A program made the translations under genes and the position numbers. A DNA stretch of 42,284 nucleotides from Hydrurus foetidus (Eukaryota): NCBI GenBank assembly GCA_900617105.1, contig UYFQ01000075.1, positions 1 through 42,284 on the forward strand. The letters run 5' to 3'. Every line of letters starts with the position of its first letter. Within the stretch, counting starts at the first letter, position 1. The notes beneath the pieces were generated by a model that was not told the origin of the DNA, did not search any database, and saw only the letters and a list, made by a program, of their open reading frames with translations. This document shows positions 36,536-42,284 of the stretch, piece after piece.

Positions 36536-36605
36536 TGTCGCCTCTGGTTGGAACTCAGTTGACGCGCTTTGGAAACCTACGGTATAACGGAAACTCAGTC
36601 AACAG

Positions 36606-36667
36606 GCTGAGAATGACGAGTTACCTTTGATACCCATTGCATGTGGGGGAGGAACTCCGATCACAGC
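36606..36667 (+). promoter_or_regulatory. SECIS element (type II) in the GPX 3' UTR
   Basis: Core AUGAC/CGAU, helix GAGUU(A)CCUUU/GGAGGAACUC, apical ministem CCCA/UGGG, lower helix GCUG/CAGC. Confidence 0.8.
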
Positions 36668-37263
36668 TCCTTGACTTTGATACTCGCATGCTGATAGAGC
36701 TCTGAACGCGCCATTGATACTACACCATGGAAGAAGAGGAGGAAGGTACAGGGCAGTGGAATTGAAGCGTAACATTTTGAGAGCTGCGAATCGAGAAAGA
36801 CGCTGTCAAAATGGTCGCTAGTGGTAGTGTTTGATTGATATGTATTCAATACTCCTGATCCAATAGCTTAATTAAAATCTAATATTGTGAATCTGACGAC
36901 CCAACGAAATTATCAACTGTAATTAAAATGCGAATTGAAAGTAACAACGAAGTTTATCGTCATGATGATGGTGCTGCGCAAAACCTTCTCGAATTAATGA
37001 TGAGGAGAACAACTTGCAGTTGAATTGCAGTGGGGAACTCAGGAATCGGCAAATACTAAGATGGAAAAATAATTTTGCTATAAAAATGTTTTTAGATTTA
37101 CAGATATGCTATAAAGCAGTAAATTCTGATTAGAAATTGTCTAGGACACAGCAGATCCTAAGTGAGCGGCAAGCCACTCTTATTAAAGGTTTGGTTTGAT
37201 TGGTTTCTAGTTGCTAGACTGATACAAGTGTTCCAGGTTTGCTAGTAAACTATGCATGCATAT

Positions 37264-37866
37264 TTACTGGTTGAATGGCACGGGGGAGCCGAGGAGGGAG
37301 TTGATGATATAGGGGTCGTTGTTGAGCTTCTCGTGCACCATGAGTGCGAGGATGCCCATCTGGGCAGCACGGCCGTTGTTGAGCTCGATGGCGAGCTTTC
37401 TGTTGATGGTCTCCTCGTCCCATCCTGAGGCGTTGAGCTGGGCCTCTTCGATGTCATCCTTGCGCTCAGCGAATCCAAGCTCGATAAGGCCAATGAAGGC
37501 AATGATCTGGGCAATGCCGGCAGATGGAATGGTGTCAAGGGCGGCAAGACCATTCTTGACTGAGGCAAATGGGACACCGTAGGCAATGTCTCCGGGAAGG
37601 CGGACGCCGGCGGTGGTCACCAAGTGGCCAAGGATGGCAAGCATGGAAATGCGGCCGTGCTTGGTCTCGACAGTGCGGAGGCGATCGAATCTCTCCTGGT
37701 CAGCGTCCTTCAAGAGGCCCAATGGATCCCAGAATCCAAGAGGAGCCTGGGCGCCCAAGGCGTCCTCGAAGTTCATCTTGATGGCAGATGAGCGCGCCAC
37801 TGACGAGGCAGGGGCGAAGGCGGAAGCGCCAACAATTGATGCAAGTACGGCAAGAGTGCGGAACAT
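37264..37866 (-). CDS. LHCF: Fucoxanthin-chlorophyll a/c light-harvesting protein (Lhcf-type), intronless
   Basis: Signal peptide with ASAFAP, GFWDPLG, ETKHGRISMLA, ELNNGRAAQMG. Confidence 0.93.
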   Translation of the reverse strand: MFRTLAVLASIVGASAFAPASSVARSSAIKMNFEDALGAQAPLGFWDPLGLLKDADQERFDRLRTVETKHGRISMLAILGHLVTTAGVRLPGDIAYGVPFASVKNGLAALDTIPSAGIAQIIAFIGLIELGFAERKDDIEEAQLNASGWDEETINRKLAIELNNGRAAQMGILALMVHEKLNNDPYIINSLLGSPVPFNQ

Positions 37867-38145
37867 TTTTCGGATTATGGTTGAGATAATTTATGGCAAG
37901 TTGCAAGAAATACTCGAAGTATCTGTCGCAGAGAAATCCAGAAACTTGTTCAGATGGTTCATTTGAATCTTCCACACGGGGGAGCAGTACGCACTTCCGA
38001 GCACTAAAAGAACACTGCGGACAGAGAGAGACGAGAGAGGGCTGAAGATATTGACTAGCGTCCGTACAGTACACTAACTACTGAGCGTACGTACGATACA
38101 TCCAGTTCAAACTACAGTACAACCATGGGGCTATAAAAGATAAAT

Positions 38146-38904
38146 TAGGGCTGGTGTGCGACTTAAAAATTAGAGTCGCACCGCACAATCGCACAGACAG
38201 GAAACAGTCGGTCGCACTGTGCGACAAAGTCGCACAAAAATGCCATTTTATAAGTCGCACAAGAAAGTCGAACATTATCTCTCAAAAACACGGAAATGGC
38301 TCAAAAATGGTAAAGTGTGATTATTTAGTATAATAGACAGAAAATTGAGAAGTTTTGGACAAAAATGTTAAATGTTATGCGTGTCATAAAAAGGGATGTG
38401 GAATCATAATTTTCTCTTGTGCTCTGCCTCACATTCCTCGGCTAGTTTCCAGCCGTCATGAAGAAAGATGAGGTCGGAAGCATGCTGTGGTTGTACAGAT
38501 GTACGACATTTGGATATAGTTAGTCCAGCAACGGAAAATACTCGCTCAGATGGTGCTGAAGTCGCAGGTACGCACAGAAGCCTGCGCGCGAGGGTACTAA
38601 GATAAGGCAACGCTTTCTCGTGGATTTGCCACCAACTTAGTGGATCGGAAAAGACATCCCCAGATAGCTTGACACTCAATCCCTTCATATTTCTGTAAAT
38701 GTCCAATTCGGTGTTTATCCTTATATCAGCATCGTTGGGGTTATCATCAACAGAATTGTCAGTGTTATTACCAATGCCGAAAAATATATCATCCGGATCT
38801 ACAACTGCCAGTGGCACTACAACTTCAACAACATCCCCGCTCCTTTCAATTGCAATCGATGTCATCGTTCTCTTCATCTCATACCAAATCTTGGTTTTAT
38901 CCAT
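38146..38904 (-). mobile_element. 3' end of a hAT DNA transposon
   Basis: TAGGGCTG terminus at 38146, several GTCGCAC/GTGCGAC subterminal repeats (38154-38260), hAT dimerisation-domain ORF. Confidence 0.82.
38404..38904 (-). pseudogene. hAT transposase C-terminal (dimerisation domain) fragment
   Basis: DPLSWW...PYLSTLARRLLCVPATSAPSERVFS; the 5' portion is not seen in the window. Confidence 0.88.
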
Positions 38905-39016
38905 GATCCCGAATTTTGAATTTTTTAATTAAAATTACGGTTCAGGTTCTAGTCTCGAATCTGAAAATGTAAAAAGTCTCGGATCCCGGATTCCGGATCC
39001 AGGTCCGGAAACCTTG

Positions 39017-39278
39017 TGTGGTCTGGGGCGGGGCCTAGGACGTTGGAGCTGATGTTGGTGGATGGTTGGTGCAAGCGGCGGGCAAGGAAAGCGAGAGTCG
39101 GTGGAATAAACTTGTGTTAGTATCTTACAGTTGAGTATATACAAGTGATGTGTACGCTAAAGTGCATTCACGTCATATGTGGAACTAAGACCTAAAAGTG
39201 GAATCTGGGCGTAATATACCTATTGTACCTAGTTAACCTAGACACATTGTATCCCCTTAGGAATGCAATAAGGCTACA
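39017..39278 (-). repeat. Gypsy-3 3' LTR; distal end uncertain (39017 or 39178)
   Basis: Starts right after the purine tract. Two candidate CCACA ends. 39017-39143 shares GCGGGC(G)AAGGAAAG and GTTAG..CTTACAG with the Gypsy-1 LTR. Confidence 0.55.
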
Positions 39279-39370
39279 CTACCCCTTCTTCCTTTTTTGA
39301 AGATCTTTGATATGATATACAAAAAAAATGAAAAGATATGTAAAACATAAATATGAGATATAGATGAAAC

Positions 39371-39456
39371 GATTATGTCAGACTTTTACTGACTAAACTC
39401 TCCAAAAAAAGACCCGTAGGTAAAAAAAAAAGAAGGAGAGAATCCTCATGGATAAA
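39371..39456 (-). other. ENE-like structured RNA element in the Gypsy-3 3' UTR
   Basis: CUCUCC/GGAGAG stem, U10 and CU7 internal loop, ACC-UACG-GGU upper hairpin; flanks conserved with 16097-16184. Confidence 0.7.
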
Positions 39457-39473
39457 GTTTCAAATATATTAAG

Positions 39474-42284
39474 TCATCGATGTTGCTTATTGATTAATTT
39501 TATCATGTTATTATGACGTAAATAATCATGAAGTTTATCAACATCACGAAGACTTGAGTAAGGTTCCCAAGTGTTTTTGTCTGAAGGGTAATTTAACCAT
39601 TTGACTAAAAACTCTATGTGGGTACGTTGGTGTTTGCCACGATGATCAAGAATGTCTTCAACAAAGTATTCCATGTGATCACGTCGTGCAACATCCAACG
39701 GATTTGTGATTGAAGGGTCAAATAGAAAAGGTTTCATTGCAGAAACATGAAACTCTGAAGTTTTCTGAGTGACTAGATCATAAAGTGTGTAACGCGAATT
39801 TTCGCCACTAACGACTTTTAATGGGCCTCTCCAATGCGTGTGAAGACGTGAAGGAGGAGTTCCATCGCGATAGTGCACTAAGACATAAGAGTCTTTTGGA
39901 TACTCTACATGCTGAAAAATTTGAGACTGACTTTGATGAAGCAAATCTGTGCGAAGAAGTTCTTTAGCAGAAGCTTTAAGAAGACTGTCTTGCGTTTTGA
40001 GTAGATTGCTCATACGCTTTGACAAAGGTGTGTCATCAGTTTTCTCTCAGCAGGAGGTAAAAAAATACCTCTATCGAGTTTGAGTACATTTCCGAAAAGA
40101 AGTTGAGAAGATGATATTTTTAAACGGTCACTGTGATTAGAATTTAAGATTCTTTGCACAAATGGAAGTGACGTTTTATAATCTTCTAATGTGACATTAT
40201 CGAATGTTAATGCACGAAGATGTCTATTTACTTCTTTATTCATGCGCTCAACAATAGCATTTTCTTCTTTAGAGTATGCTAAAGTAAGACAATGTTGAGT
40301 GCCAATATGAGTTAGAAACTCTCTAATAACTTCGGAAATGAAGTGTGGCCCATTATCAGAACGGAGTTGGAGAGGTGCGCCGAAACGACCGAAGTGTTGC
40401 AAGAGGCATTTAGCTGTTGAAAGTGCTGTAGCATCTTCTGTATGAAACAGTTCAACCCATCTTGTGAACGTATCGATAATTACGAGTACGTACCCGCCGT
40501 CTGGAAACGGTCCTATGAAGTCTATGTTAAGGCATTCCATAGGTGTGTAAGTAGAACCATGAGCATGTATTGGTATCTTTAACATACTCATTTTCTGACA
40601 ACACGAACAGTGATCTATGAACCACCTGACATGCTGACGCATATATTGCCATACTATCTTTTTGTCAATGAGACGCTTTAAAGTGCGCTCAAGGCCGAAA
40701 TGCCCAACTTGTGAATTGTGTACTTTACTGATTGTATTGTACTGATCACGTGTTAGTTTGAATTTTTCAATAGTATTAGCAGACATGATTGCATCAGGAG
40801 TATATTCCTGAGGGAAATCAACCATGTTATTGCGACAGAGTCGAGACATCGAATCAGCTATATCATTGTTAGCACCAGGTATATATTCAATTTTAAATGA
40901 ATATTCGGATAAGGCCATAAACCACCGAACAATCATTGGATTTGAATTATCCTTGATGTATAACAAGTTACGATGATCTGTACGCAATGTGAACGTACGA
41001 TCACGTAATAGCGATTTTAAATACGTGCACGAATAAAAGATAGCATATGCTTCTTTTTGTATAACAGCCCAACGAAGCTGAGCTTTGTTAAGTGATTTAC
41101 TGACAAATGCTATGGGCGTCTCTTGACCGTCAACTAGCTGGAAAAGATAGGCACCTACACCATAGTCCGATGCATCAGTGTGCAAGTAAATCGGATCGGT
41201 GTCACTTAAAAAGTGCATAGTCGTGCATTTTGAAATCTCGGATTTGATCAAATTGAATGCTCTGAGAGCTTCTATTGTCCAAGTTATTTTCTTATACTTA
41301 TTATAGTTAAGAAGCAACTGATGTAACGGGTATACAACAGTAGAAGCGTTTCTAACAAAGTCGTGAAAATAATTAACCAATCCTAAAAAACTCTTGAGTT
41401 GTTTAGATAGTACTGGTTTAGGAAAATCTAAGACAGTCCGTATTTTTTCTTGTGACATTCTAAGTCCATCTGCAGATAGAACTTTGCCAACATAATCTAT
41501 TTCGGCATAGCCTAGATAACACTTATTCGGTTTAAGGAATATTTTGTGTTTTCTAAAACGTTCAAACACAAGACGAAGTCTAGAAATAAGTTCGTCAATG
41601 TCTTTACCGAAAACATTGCAATCATCTATGTACATTTCGCATATAGAGTATATCAGCCCTGCTAACACAACAGTCGTCATGATCTGTTGGAAATAGGAGG
41701 GTGCTTGTTTAGGCCCAAAGGGTAAACGAGTGAATTGATATACTCCGCAGAAAAGTATGAATGCAGTATAAGCACGTGCAGCAAGTGTAAGTGGTGCTTG
41801 ATGGTAACCTTGAGTGAGGTCAAGTACAGCAAACACTTTTGCTTTATGTGCACCTATTCTACGCAACATCTCACCGATGTGTGGAATAGGATGTGATTTA
41901 TCTTCGGTACAATTGTTGAGATTCCGAAAATCAATACACATGCGCTTAGTTCCATCAGATTTTGGAACTAGTAAAACTTGGCTATAATAAGCCGCGTTTG
42001 ATTTTTCAACAATATTTTGTTTTCAAGTTTTTTAATTTGACTGAGAATGTCAGCTTGATCAACTGTTGATTTAGACCATGGAGGTTGTCTATTTTTAGGA
42101 ACTCTCCATTGGTCGTCATTGACATGAAAGTCAAACGGTGGAATATCAGCAGGAGTGGCCGAAAGTTCACTGCTAAATATATCCTTGAATTCGTGTACTA
42201 GTAACCGAAGTTTATTTTTCTGATCTTCATCACCTGCTAAGTTTATTAGCGAGAGTGGGTCAGTATCAGGAAATTCATCTATCA
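39474..42284 (-). pseudogene. Gypsy-3 Pol (RT, RNase H, IN, chromodomain) with frameshifts near 42025 and 40020
   Basis: YIDD, DASDYGVG, RSDNGPHF, HWRGP, chromodomain YFVEDILDH...VKWLNY...NTWEP. Confidence 0.92.

Larger units (their letters stand above)
39017..42284 (-). mobile_element. Chromodomain-bearing Ty3/gypsy element 'Gypsy-3', 5' part outside the window
   Basis: RT-RNaseH-IN-chromodomain on the minus strand; purine tract 39279-39298 followed by TGTAG LTR start at 39278. Confidence 0.93.

Noticed and set aside
36549..36603. Alternative SECIS candidate (GTTGAC...GTCAAC hairpin)
   Set aside because: It lacks a properly paired UGA/GA core; 36606-36667 fits much better.

Overview
Eukaryotic nuclear DNA from a photosynthetic ochrophyte stramenopile, judged from an Lhcf-type light-harvesting gene with an ASAFAP plastid-targeting motif and short GT-AG introns. 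Bases 1-19726 are a nested transposon island. A Ty1/copia element (6391-19726) has its 5' LTR cut by a minus-strand Ty3/gypsy element (1-6390). Its integrase is split by a complete chromodomain gypsy element (8563-16498, identical 126-bp LTRs, GAGT target-site duplication), which itself holds a 1.3-kb TTAA-flanked DNA transposon. Bases 19874-37866 are a dense host gene block: LYR protein, ALG11, STE20 kinase, UBAP2/GIP1-like protein, ZIFL-like MFS transporter, MED4-like protein, a selenocysteine glutathione peroxidase with SECIS, and Lhcf. Bases 38146-42284 are a second transposon nest: a hAT end plus a third chromodomain gypsy. The most unusual signals are in retroelement RNA. None of the three visible primer-binding sites looks tRNA-like: both gypsies have a 12-bp perfect palindrome starting on the last LTR base, and the copia site is complementary to a 10-mer in its own LTR. 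Both gypsies also carry a candidate 3n+2 intron at the gag/pol border, and two gypsies share an ENE-like U-rich structure in the 3' UTR. All calls were made by eye; no database searches were run.
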